DNA of 32,000 bases from an uncultured Chloroflexia bacterium (GCA_963704755.1 OY969938.1:840001-872000), one strand, 5' to 3'. Positions 1 to 7,988 are shown, counted from the stretch's first letter. The notes: a model not told the origin generated them from the sequence alone. Numbers and translations are program-made.

Positions 1-534
1 GTACCCATTCCGTAATGATTGTTTTCGCAAACCCACAAGACCGGCAGGTTCCAGACCTTGGACAGGTTGACGGCCTCGTGGAAATAGCCGATGTTGGTAG
101 CCCCATCACCGAACATGCAGATTGTCACAGCCGGGTTATGGCGATAGGCATCCCCCAGGGCCAATCCCGCTGCAATCGGTAAATGCGACCCGACGATCGC
201 GTGTCCACCCCAAAAATTCTTGGAAGGATCGGCCATGTGCATCGATCCGCCTTTTCCGCCTGTGGCCCCAGTCGATTTTCCTAATAATTCGGAAACGACT
301 TCTTTGGCGCTCAAACCGCAATTAATCGCAACCCCGTGATCTCGATAAGCTGTGATGACCCGGTCCTCCGGCTTGCGGGCCGAGATAAGCCCGGTGCTGA
401 CAGCTTCTTGTCCGATATATAAATGTAAAAAGCCTCCGATTTTTCCCTGTTGGTAGAGTTCTGCTGCGCGCTCTTCCAGGTGGCGAATAACGACCATTTG
501 ATGAAACAAGTTAATGTATTCGCTCTTCTGCATG
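1..534 (-). CDS. TPP-dependent 2-oxoacid (pyruvate/acetoin-type) dehydrogenase E1 component alpha subunit; 3' end runs off the window; apparent 1-nt frameshift after codon 18
   Basis: Own minus-strand translation. ATG at 534-532 lies 8 nt after AAGGAGG and gives MQKSEYINLFHQMVVIRH. From 479 downward a different frame reads LEERAAELYQQGKIGGFLHLYIGQEAVSTG...GGKGGSMH...MFGDGATNIGYFHEAVNL...VCENNHYGMGT, the classic E1-alpha TPP-binding pattern. It is absent from the ORF track because it is open at the window edge. Confidence 0.8.
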
Positions 535-619
535 GATGAAAATCCTCCTTGAGATGATGATTGATCAGTCCGAAGGCCTTGATAAATCATCGTGATTATT
601 TCTATCACTTTTCTCGGAA

Positions 620-648
620 ATTATACCAAAAACGAGATAGCCCGTCGA
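620..648 (-). promoter_or_regulatory. Candidate sigma70-type promoter for the E1-alpha gene (extended -10)
   Basis: The minus strand reads TCGACG (648-643), a 17-nt spacer, then TGgTATAAT (628-620). This would give a 5' UTR of about 79 nt containing small hairpins. Confidence 0.35.
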
Positions 649-780
649 ATTTAGGCACCGCCCTTCGTCACCTGGAAGGATAACACACCCCCACACTCTT
701 TCGGGTGATTTTATCCCGCCGATTGTCATCCGCAGGGCAATCCCATCTCTTTGATTTTACTGGCAATTCAAAAAAGCATT

Positions 781-892
781 GTAACTACTCGGCCACGGGT
801 TAAAGTGTTCCCGAATTTGAGGTGTTTGTAGGGGCAAAGCCCCCGCAAACACCTCAAATTCGGGATTTTTACTCTGTAGGCTGAGCAGATAC
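781..892. mobile_element. 112-bp MITE-like palindromic element, copy 1
   Basis: Termini are GTAACTACTCGGCC and, as reverse complement, GTATCTGCTCAGCC (11/14 match). Flanking 8-mers are AAAGCATT (773-780) and AAAGCATA (893-900). The centre is a hairpin at 810-863: cccgaatttgaggtgtttgtaggggc AAA gccccgcaaacacctcaaattcggg. Confidence 0.6.
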
Positions 893-1176
893 AAAGCATA
901 ATAACTGCCTGTTCGGTAGTTAGAAACAGGTTTCGAGTTCTATGCGCATCCCCCGGCACCGCAATTACTTAGAATTGGGGGACACTGCGTGTTAACCGGA
1001 CTAATTCAAAAGATGGTCCTGTACTGGTTTGTAAATCGCAAGGTTTTCCGGCCAGAATTTACGGTAGTTTTATTTCAACCCGGCAACTTGTGCAATAAAA
1101 TACAAAAGGTATTTACCCTGCACGCCAGACGGCCCAATATCCCTTAATTATTATCGCAAAGGAGAACGTCATCGTA

Positions 1177-1584
1177 ATGAACATTGTCACCTGGGGCCCA
1201 CAATATTCGGTTGGGGTAGGAAAGTTCGACAAGCAGCATCAAGTCTTATTCGATATCATCAATGAATTATTTTCGGCCATGAGTGAAGGCAAAGGCCAAA
1301 CCGAGCTGGCCGAAGTCCTCAACCGCTTGATCAATTACACCAAAACCCACTTTGCAGCGGAAGAGCTTTTGATGCAAACGTACCAATATCCTGAATATCC
1401 CGGCCACCTTGTTCAACACCAGGAATTAACCAATCAGGTCCTCGATTTTCAGCAGCAGTATCAGGAAGGCAAAATCGGCCTGAGCCTGCCGATGATCCAA
1501 TTCCTGAAATCCTGGCTGACCAACCACATCCTGGTCGAGGACAAGAAATATTCTTCCTTCTTTGAATCGAAGGGCATTCAATAA
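1177..1584 (+). CDS. Bacteriohemerythrin-like metal-binding protein
   Basis: 135-aa ORF. The pattern W..QYSVGV..FD.QH..LF....HF..EE.LM...YP....H...H......WL..HI...D..Y matches hemerythrin iron-ligand spacing. AAAGGAG lies upstream. Confidence 0.85.
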   Translation: MNIVTWGPQYSVGVGKFDKQHQVLFDIINELFSAMSEGKGQTELAEVLNRLINYTKTHFAAEELLMQTYQYPEYPGHLVQHQELTNQVLDFQQQYQEGKIGLSLPMIQFLKSWLTNHILVEDKKYSSFFESKGIQ

Positions 1585-1595
1585 TTCGAACATGT

Positions 1596-1662
1596 ATTAT
1601 GGGGTGTTATATTAATTTGCGCGTTGCAAAGCAACGCGCAAATTAATATAACACCCCATAAT
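1596..1662. repeat. Perfect 67-bp palindrome (32-bp stem, AAA loop) between convergent genes; probable bidirectional terminator or hairpin element
   Basis: attatggggtgttatattaatttgcgcgttgc AAA gcaacgcgcaaattaatataacaccccataat. The arms are exact reverse complements. It lies 12 nt after the hemerythrin stop and abuts the MarR stop. Confidence 0.8.
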
Positions 1663-1663
1663 T

Positions 1664-2107
1664 TTATTTGCCTGTACCTATCACCGGCAAAGACCTGGCG
1701 AGCCGCTGCAGGCTATCATGAAGTTCCAGCAGGTCTTCTTCGGCCCAGCCGGCCAGGGCTTCGCTCATCAGAATACGCCGGGCGTCGACTAATTTTTCCG
1801 CCATCGCTTTGCCCCGGTCGCTCAACCGGATTTCCCTGACCCGCCGGTCCGCGGCAGGCGCCGCGCTAAGAACCAGGCTGTCAGCCTCCAATTTATCCAC
1901 CTGGCGGCTGACAGTGGAATGATCGCGGCCGAGCTGGTCAGCCAGCTCGACCAGGCCAATTTTTTGTTGGAGCCCTACGCGCATAATTATTGGGAACAAG
2001 GCCGTATCGAGCTCCACGCCTGCCCTTTTTAACAACAGCTTATCCTGCTTCGGACGGTTGAGGTACGTCACGATTTCGAACAAAGATTCAAAGATTTCAT
2101 CGTACAT
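1664..2107 (-). CDS. MarR-family transcriptional regulator
   Basis: 147-aa ORF with a winged-helix segment LVELADQLGRDHSTVSRQVDKLEADSLV...DRRVREIRLSDRG. It is divergent from the FMN reductase gene across a 67-bp region containing TATAAT and an ATGTG-N7-CACAT dyad. Confidence 0.85.
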   Translation of the reverse strand: MYDEIFESLFEIVTYLNRPKQDKLLLKRAGVELDTALFPIIMRVGLQQKIGLVELADQLGRDHSTVSRQVDKLEADSLVLSAAPAADRRVREIRLSDRGKAMAEKLVDARRILMSEALAGWAEEDLLELHDSLQRLARSLPVIGTGK

Positions 2108-2174
2108 AGTATCCTGATTATACTTTAACGTGCTATAATATGTGCATATTACACATAATTAGGATCTGTTCAAT

Positions 2175-2744
2175 ATGCTTAAAAGTAAATTAAAACCCAA
2201 TATCGGCATTATCGTCGGTACAAACCGGCCAAACCGCATTGGTTACGGCATTGCCGAATGGCTTCTCAATGCAATGCAAAATGAAAGACTTAACCTTAGC
2301 CTGATCGATTTAGCCGAGATCAATTTACCGTTTCTCGATGAGCCGGATATCCCCGCCCACGGCCATTACCAGAAGACACACACCAAAGCCTGGAGTCAGG
2401 TGATCAGCAGCTGCGACGGATTCGTCCTCTTGTTTCCACAGTACAACTGGGGCTATCCGGCCGTGCTAAAAAATGCCCTCGATTTCCTCTACAAGGAATG
2501 GACCGGTAAACCGGTGAGTATTATTTGTTATGGCAACCACGGGGGCTTTCAAGGCGCGTTGGCCATGCGCCTGGTTACACAAGGGTTGCGTATGCATAAC
2601 ATGGCCACTAATATCCCGCTCGACATCGAAGACGAGATGTTCGATGAACATGGCCAGTTCAAAGATATCCGCGCTGCGCTTGAACCCTATCGATTTTCAG
2701 CCCAATTGATTTCCAGCGAGTTTGTCAACCTGCTCGATCGATAA
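2175..2744 (+). CDS. NAD(P)H-dependent FMN reductase family oxidoreductase (flavodoxin-like fold)
   Basis: 189-aa ORF with IGIIVGTNRPNRIG...FPQYNWGYPAVLKNALDFLYKEW.GKPV..I.YG, typical of the FMN_red family. Confidence 0.75.
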   Translation: MLKSKLKPNIGIIVGTNRPNRIGYGIAEWLLNAMQNERLNLSLIDLAEINLPFLDEPDIPAHGHYQKTHTKAWSQVISSCDGFVLLFPQYNWGYPAVLKNALDFLYKEWTGKPVSIICYGNHGGFQGALAMRLVTQGLRMHNMATNIPLDIEDEMFDEHGQFKDIRAALEPYRFSAQLISSEFVNLLDR

Positions 2745-2778
2745 ATATCTTCACCCGGCAACTAAAGTTAAATCAAAA

Positions 2779-2809
2779 AGTAGCTGCCCAGGCAATCTGG
2801 GCAGCTACT
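2779..2809. terminator. Bidirectional intrinsic terminator (13-bp perfect stem) between the FMN reductase gene and ppdK
   Basis: AGTAGCTGCCCAG gcaat CTGGGCAGCTACT. On the minus strand it is followed by TTTTTGATTT. The stem sequence equals the terminal repeat of the MITE-like family. Confidence 0.7.
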
Positions 2810-2828
2810 CGTTTCTACAGAAAAAACC

Positions 2829-5597
2829 TTATTTTACAGCGTGCTTCAAAGCAGCATGAGCGGCTGAAAGGCGCGCCACCGGCACACGGAACGGCGAGCA
2901 GCTCACGTAGTTGTTGCCAACCATGTGGCAGAACTCGATCGAGGAGGGATCCCCACCGTGTTCACCGCAGATACCAACTTCCAGGGACGGGCGGGTCTTG
3001 CGACCATCGCTGACGGCGATGTCCATCAGGCGGCCGACGCCATCCCGGTCCAGGGTCTGGAAGGGGTTCTTGGGCAGAATGCCAGACTCGACGTATTTGA
3101 CCAGGAAACCGCGCTCCGCATCGTCACGGCTGTAGCCGAAGGTCATCTGAGTCAGGTCGTTGGTGCCAAAGGAGAAGAATTCGGCGACCGAGGCGATCTC
3201 GCCGGCGGTGACGGCCGCGCGCGGGATCTCGATCATGGTACCGAACTTGTAGGTAAATTCAACGTTCTTGGATTTCATCACGTCTTTGGCGATTTCGATC
3301 AGACGCGGCTGAATGACCTTGAGCTCGTTGATATGGCCGGTCAGAGGGATCATGACTTCGGGTTTGACCACCACACCCTTGAGGGTCATGTTGGCAGCCG
3401 CTTCGAAGATCGCCCGGACCTGCATCTCGACGATTTCGGGCATCATGATGCTCAGGCGCACACCGCGCAGACCCATCATGGGGTTGCTCTCGTGCATTGC
3501 TTCGACCGCTTCCAGCATTTCTTCCAGCGGAGCGACGTCTTTGGGGTCACCCTTACCAAGGGCAAAACCGGCCAGGCCGTTGATACGCTTGGTGATGATT
3601 TGCTCTTCCAATTCCTTGGCAGCCGGCAGGAACTCGTGCAGAGGCGGGTCGATCAAGCGGATGATAACCGGGTAACCATCCATGGCCTCGAACAAGCCTT
3701 CGAAGTCCGAGCGCTGGAACGGCAGCAGTTCATTTAGAGCTTCGGTGCGTTCGGCGCTGGTCTTCGCCAGGATCATGCGCTGCACGATGGGCAGGCGTGA
3801 CTGTTCGAAGAACATGTGCTCGGTCCGGCACAGGCCGATACCTTTGGCGCCGTACGCGCGGGCGCGCTGGGCATCTTTCGGGTAATCCGCATTGGCCCAA
3901 ACCTGCAAACCGACCGTGGGATAACCATCGGCGCCCTTGCGCAGGCCAGGGGTCGCGCAAATTTCATCCGCCCAATTGAGCAGGGTCAACAGGTCGGTCT
4001 GTTCTTCCAGTGACGGGGCGATCATGGGCAGTTTACCGGTATATACTTCACCGGTGCCGCCATCAAAGGAGATCCATTCCCCTTCTTTGACAATCACGCC
4101 ATCCACTTCCATGTAGCGTTTTTCCAGGTTGATGTGGATCGAGGATGCGCCGACGATGCAGGGAACGCCGAATTGGCGCGCAACCACTGCGGCATGCGAT
4201 GTAGCCCCACCTTCACTGGTCAGAATACCTTTGGAAGCCAGCATACCATGGACGTCATCGGGTTTGGTGAATGGGCGCACCATGATCACGTCCTGTTTGG
4301 CTTCTTTGTGCATGCGCTCGGTGGTATCCGCATCGAAGTAAATCTGGCCGACCGCAGCGCCTGGGGAGGCATTCACACCGGAGGCGAACATGCTCTCCGA
4401 GCGAGCCTTCTTGATCGCGGCCTGGTCGAACTGCGGGTGCAGCAGGGTATCCACGTGCTCAGGCGTAACACGCTTGACTGCCTCTTCCTTGCTGATCAGC
4501 CCTTCGGCGACCATATCCACAGCAACTTTGACGGCTGCGCGGGCAGTCCGTTTGCCGTTACGAGTCTGCAGCATGTACAGTTTGCCGTGCTCGATGGTGA
4601 ATTCCACGTCCTGCATATCGTGGTAATGTTGTTCGAGTTTGCCAACGATGTCCACGAACTGGTTATAGGCTTCCGGCAGCTCGTTGACCATCTGTTGAAT
4701 TTTTTGAGTGTTGCGGATACCGGCAACCACGTCTTCGCCCTGGGCGTTGAGCAAATATTCACCGAACATGACTTTCTCGCCGGTGGAGGGGTTGCGGGTG
4801 AAGGCCACACCGGTACCGGAATCGTTGCCCATGTTCCCGAAGATCATCGAAACGATGCTGACGGCGGTACCCAGGTCGTCCGGGATGTCCGCAGCGCGGC
4901 GGTAGTCTACAGCGCGTTTACCGTTCCAGGAACGGAAGACGGCTTCGGTGCCCAGGCGCATCTGTTCGTATGGGTCGGTCGGGAAGTCAAAGCCCTTGAC
5001 CTTGCGCACAACCTGTTTGAAACGGCCGGTCAATTCTTGCAGATCGGCAGCATTCAGGTCGGTGTCCATCTTGGCGCCACGCGAAGCCTTGAACTCATCC
5101 AGAACCACTTCGAATTCTTCATCGGCGATGCCCAACACGACGGAGCCGAACATTTGCACCAGGCGGCGATACGCATCGTACACGAAGCGCTCGTTGTTGG
5201 TCAGGCTGATCATCGCCTTGGCGGTGTCATCGTTCAAGCCAATGTTAAGGACGGTGTCCATCATACCCGGCATGGAGAATTTCGCGCCGGACCGGCAGGA
5301 AACCAGCAATGGATTCTCGGTACCGCCAAATTTCTTTCCAGAAACACGCTCTACCTCTTTCAAGGCTTCGAGCATCTGGTCCCACATTCCCTCAGGGAAT
5401 TTTCCGCCCCCCGCAAGGAAAGCATTGCAAGCCTCGGTTGACACCGTAAATCCAGGGGGAACCGGTGCGCCTAACCGGGTCATATCGGCCAGGTTAGCCC
5501 CTTTACCACCCAAAAGACCGCGCACATTTTCCCAATCGCCGCCCATATACTGTTCTGCGGCATTTACTTCTGAAAACAAATACACCCACTTTTTCAT
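2829..5597 (-). CDS. ppdK: Pyruvate, phosphate dikinase
   Basis: The ORF contains GGKGANLADM, the phosphohistidine segment TSEGGATSHAAVVARQFG, FFSFGTNDLTQ and ICGEHGGDP. I chose the second ATG (5597) as the start because AGGAGG lies 9 nt upstream of it and abuts the first ATG. Confidence 0.95.
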   Translation of the reverse strand: MKKWVYLFSEVNAAEQYMGGDWENVRGLLGGKGANLADMTRLGAPVPPGFTVSTEACNAFLAGGGKFPEGMWDQMLEALKEVERVSGKKFGGTENPLLVSCRSGAKFSMPGMMDTVLNIGLNDDTAKAMISLTNNERFVYDAYRRLVQMFGSVVLGIADEEFEVVLDEFKASRGAKMDTDLNAADLQELTGRFKQVVRKVKGFDFPTDPYEQMRLGTEAVFRSWNGKRAVDYRRAADIPDDLGTAVSIVSMIFGNMGNDSGTGVAFTRNPSTGEKVMFGEYLLNAQGEDVVAGIRNTQKIQQMVNELPEAYNQFVDIVGKLEQHYHDMQDVEFTIEHGKLYMLQTRNGKRTARAAVKVAVDMVAEGLISKEEAVKRVTPEHVDTLLHPQFDQAAIKKARSESMFASGVNASPGAAVGQIYFDADTTERMHKEAKQDVIMVRPFTKPDDVHGMLASKGILTSEGGATSHAAVVARQFGVPCIVGASSIHINLEKRYMEVDGVIVKEGEWISFDGGTGEVYTGKLPMIAPSLEEQTDLLTLLNWADEICATPGLRKGADGYPTVGLQVWANADYPKDAQRARAYGAKGIGLCRTEHMFFEQSRLPIVQRMILAKTSAERTEALNELLPFQRSDFEGLFEAMDGYPVIIRLIDPPLHEFLPAAKELEEQIITKRINGLAGFALGKGDPKDVAPLEEMLEAVEAMHESNPMMGLRGVRLSIMMPEIVEMQVRAIFEAAANMTLKGVVVKPEVMIPLTGHINELKVIQPRLIEIAKDVMKSKNVEFTYKFGTMIEIPRAAVTAGEIASVAEFFSFGTNDLTQMTFGYSRDDAERGFLVKYVESGILPKNPFQTLDRDGVGRLMDIAVSDGRKTRPSLEVGICGEHGGDPSSIEFCHMVGNNYVSCSPFRVPVARLSAAHAALKHAVK

Positions 5598-5649
5598 GCT
5601 AAGCATCCTCCTGATTAATGATTGCTTATCCCTATGAGGGGGAAATTCT

Positions 5650-5680
5650 GTTTAATGCCATTAAACATACGATTTTACCA
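5650..5680 (-). promoter_or_regulatory. Candidate ppdK extended -10 promoter plus a 17-bp perfect dyad at the predicted start site
   Basis: The minus strand reads TGgTAAAAT (5680-5672), then cgtat, then GTTTAATG g CATTAAAC (5666-5650; 8+1+8 perfect inverted repeat). Confidence 0.35.
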
Positions 5681-6148
5681 TAAAGGTATTCAATTCCTGT
5701 TTACTGGCAATTGCACTCCCGGTATTCCCCTGGACAAGGTTTAATGGCCATTCCCCCGGCAATAATGTCCTTCCTCTCGACCGGCGGATGGCATTTTTGC
5801 CAAATGGCCCCTGTACCACAGCGCCGCCCGATCAATGGATGGATGGCTGTGTGGCTTGTTCGCTGTATTCCGATGCCAAATGTTCTACACAAACGCAATA
5901 AATTATAAAGACCCCCAGCAATGCTGGTGAATAGCACAGTGCGGTCAGCCGGAGGGCTTTTTTATAATTTTACCGCGCTTTGCCCTTGTGCGGGGCCGAT
6001 ATTTCCTTCTTCTTCTATGGCATTCTCATTAAAACCGGGGCGGTTCAACGGCGGCATTATTTATCCAGCGATGTTGTAAAGAGGTTGCAAGGCAAAAATG
6101 CGCGAACTTGAATGATAATGTTAGTGTATTATTCTAGAGGAGGCCTTA

Positions 6149-6544
6149 ATGAATATACTGGTCATTGACGATGATCCAGCAATGACGGAACTTCTTAAAA
6201 TACTATTACAGGCGACAAAAGCCCAGGTTTTCGCTGCAAACTCTGGCCAGGAAGGTATCGATATCACGCGCAAGACCAGCCCGGATATTGTTATTCTGGA
6301 TTTGATGATGCCCGAAATGGACGGTTGGCAGGTTTGTAAAATTATCCGTGAATTCAGCCAGGTGCCTATCCTGATCCTGTCTGCTTTGGACCATCCCGGC
6401 ATGGTCGCCGCAGCTCTGGATGCCGGCGCAGACGATTACCTGATCAAACCCGTTTCGAGTGGGATGCTGGTGGCCCATATCCAAAACCTTTTAAAACGGA
6501 AACACGCCTTTACCAACGTATCCACTGCCCCAATGGCTCCTTAA
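6149..6544 (+). CDS. Stand-alone response regulator receiver domain protein (CheY-like)
   Basis: 131-aa ORF with MNILVIDDD, the phospho-acceptor context DIVILDLMMPEMDG, LILSAL and YLIKP. There is no output domain. GGAGG lies 7 nt upstream. Confidence 0.9.
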   Translation: MNILVIDDDPAMTELLKILLQATKAQVFAANSGQEGIDITRKTSPDIVILDLMMPEMDGWQVCKIIREFSQVPILILSALDHPGMVAAALDAGADDYLIKPVSSGMLVAHIQNLLKRKHAFTNVSTAPMAP

Positions 6545-6602
6545 GAAAGTAAGTAGATAGAAGTGAATAGAAATTAGCTCTTCCATAGACGGTTTTCATG
6601 TG

Positions 6603-6632
6603 TCTCCCCCAGGTATGGGGGAGATTTTTTTT
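6603..6632 (+). terminator. Rho-independent terminator of the receiver gene
   Basis: TCTCCCCC aggtat GGGGGAGA followed by T8. Confidence 0.85.
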
Positions 6633-6914
6633 AGCGGTAGGGTACGCTTAAGCGCACCGAAAATGCGTCTGTCGAAAAAACAGCCTGGATGGCCATATTA
6701 CTCATTAATGTCATTGCGAAGCCCGCTCTTTGGGCCGCGGCAATTTCAGCACTGGCCAATGCAAAGGTCGCGTTCCTTCAAAAGCCACGACCAATCCACC
6801 CACCGGCTTCCATCTCGAGGCCAAAAAGAAGTAAAATTATTGCAAACAACTCCGGCCAGTGACATCCTGGCCGCGCAGTGCAATTCAAGAACCAATAACG
6901 ATTGGAGATATCTC

Positions 6915-7211
6915 GTGCAAACCTGCTCTCGTTGTAATGCCCAATCCCCCGATACCGCTTCGGCCTGCTCCAACTGCGGCGCTGACCTATCCGTTTACTC
7001 CACTTCAGCCGTCACGCTCAAAAATTTCCAGGACAACCCGCGGGTCAAAAACGTTCGCATTATCGTGGCCGACGACGCCTGCCCGGTATGCAAAGAGATC
7101 GAAGGCACGTATGCCAAAGACCAGGCTCCGGTCTTGCCGGTTCCAGGCTGCTCCGATCCGCTCGGCTGCCATTGTTTTTACGAGCCAATGCTGACCGAAA
7201 TTTTCCCCTAG
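6915..7211 (+). CDS. Small Cys-rich protein: N-terminal zinc ribbon plus a C-terminal CPxC...GCxCxY module
   Basis: GTG at 6915 lies 7 nt after GGAG, in frame with track ORF 6600-7211. The product is VQTCSRCNAQ...CSNCGADL...DDACPVCKEIEG...PVPGCSDPLGCHCFYEP. The 105 codons upstream have non-coding-like composition. Confidence 0.5.
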   Translation: MQTCSRCNAQSPDTASACSNCGADLSVYSTSAVTLKNFQDNPRVKNVRIIVADDACPVCKEIEGTYAKDQAPVLPVPGCSDPLGCHCFYEPMLTEIFP

Positions 7212-7214
7212 ACT

Positions 7215-7988
7215 TTACCCGATGCCGACGGCACGGATCAGTTGCCGGATGGCAACGGCCGTCTCGGCCGGTTTTTCCATCATCGGCAGGTGGGAAGCCC
7301 CGTCGATTTCCTCGATCCAGCCGCGGGCCAGGATCTGGGCCATCGTGCGTGATTTTTCCAGGGGAACAATCTTATCCTGAGTTCCCGCCAGCACCAGCGC
7401 CGGGACCTTTATCCCGGCCAGCCAGGGATTTGCATCCTCGCGCTCGGCCATCCCTTTTAATGAATGGATGGCCGTCGTAACCGGCACTTTGGCAACAATT
7501 TCATTGATGGCCTGTTGAACGGCCGGGACGGGGGTTAATGCCGCCGGCATATTGCGCGTCAGCAGTTTGATGCCCTTCCATTTAAGATCACGGGCCTGTA
7601 TCAGGCGCGCCTGGCGTTTTTCGGGTAAATCAGGGTCTGCTTGAGATGCAATCAAGGCCAGGCCTGCCAGGCGATGCGGATAGGCATGAGCGAAGGATAA
7701 AGCCACATATCCGCCCATGGAATGGCCGGCCAGGATGACCTTTTCTAGTTCCAGCCGGTCTAACAACGCCAGCACATCTTCGGCCAACAGGCGCATGGAA
7801 TGGTCCACTTCGCCATCCGGTGAGGTGCCATAACCGCGCAGATCCGCCAGGATCAGGCGGGCTTCATCTTGTAATAAAGGGACCAACGGTTCCCAAATCG
7901 TGTGCCCCAAAGGGAAACCGTGCAGCAGCACAATCGGGACCCCGTGCCCAAATTCTTCTATGGATAATTCAACCGGCGTTAATTCCAT
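7215..7988 (-). CDS. Alpha/beta-fold hydrolase
   Basis: 257-aa ORF with VLLHGFP, the nucleophile elbow GHSMGG, and D...SH near the C-terminus. GAGG lies 8 nt upstream. Its start overlaps the cca 3' end by 20 nt. Confidence 0.85.
   Translation of the reverse strand: MELTPVELSIEEFGHGVPIVLLHGFPLGHTIWEPLVPLLQDEARLILADLRGYGTSPDGEVDHSMRLLAEDVLALLDRLELEKVILAGHSMGGYVALSFAHAYPHRLAGLALIASQADPDLPEKRQARLIQARDLKWKGIKLLTRNMPAALTPVPAVQQAINEIVAKVPVTTAIHSLKGMAEREDANPWLAGIKVPALVLAGTQDKIVPLEKSRTMAQILARGWIEEIDGASHLPMMEKPAETAVAIRQLIRAVGIG

Noticed and set aside
768-959. ORF 768-959 (-), and likewise 10690-10875 (+).
   Set aside because: Each spans a palindromic element. The reading frames are by-products of the inverted repeat, and neither has an RBS.
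2911-5637. Many long plus-strand ORFs (for example 2925-3737, 4134-5441, 4948-5637) antisense to ppdK.
   Set aside because: They lie entirely inside a 922-aa gene with unmistakable PPDK motifs. Their products are low-complexity and rich in G, D, H, R and A, with no motifs. They are typical shadow ORFs of a codon-biased gene.
5701-5937. Overlapping ORFs 5701-5937 (-) and 5711-5908 (+) as small genes.
   Set aside because: Neither has an RBS. Their composition is Cys/Trp/Pro/Arg-rich and unlike the neighbouring genes, and they are mutually antisense. I left the region as unexplained.
6600-6914. The upstream two-thirds of track ORF 6600-7211.
   Set aside because: It starts inside the terminator hairpin of the preceding gene. 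Its composition is R/S/Q/P-rich with no RBS. A GTG with GGAG at 6915 precedes the only protein-like part.
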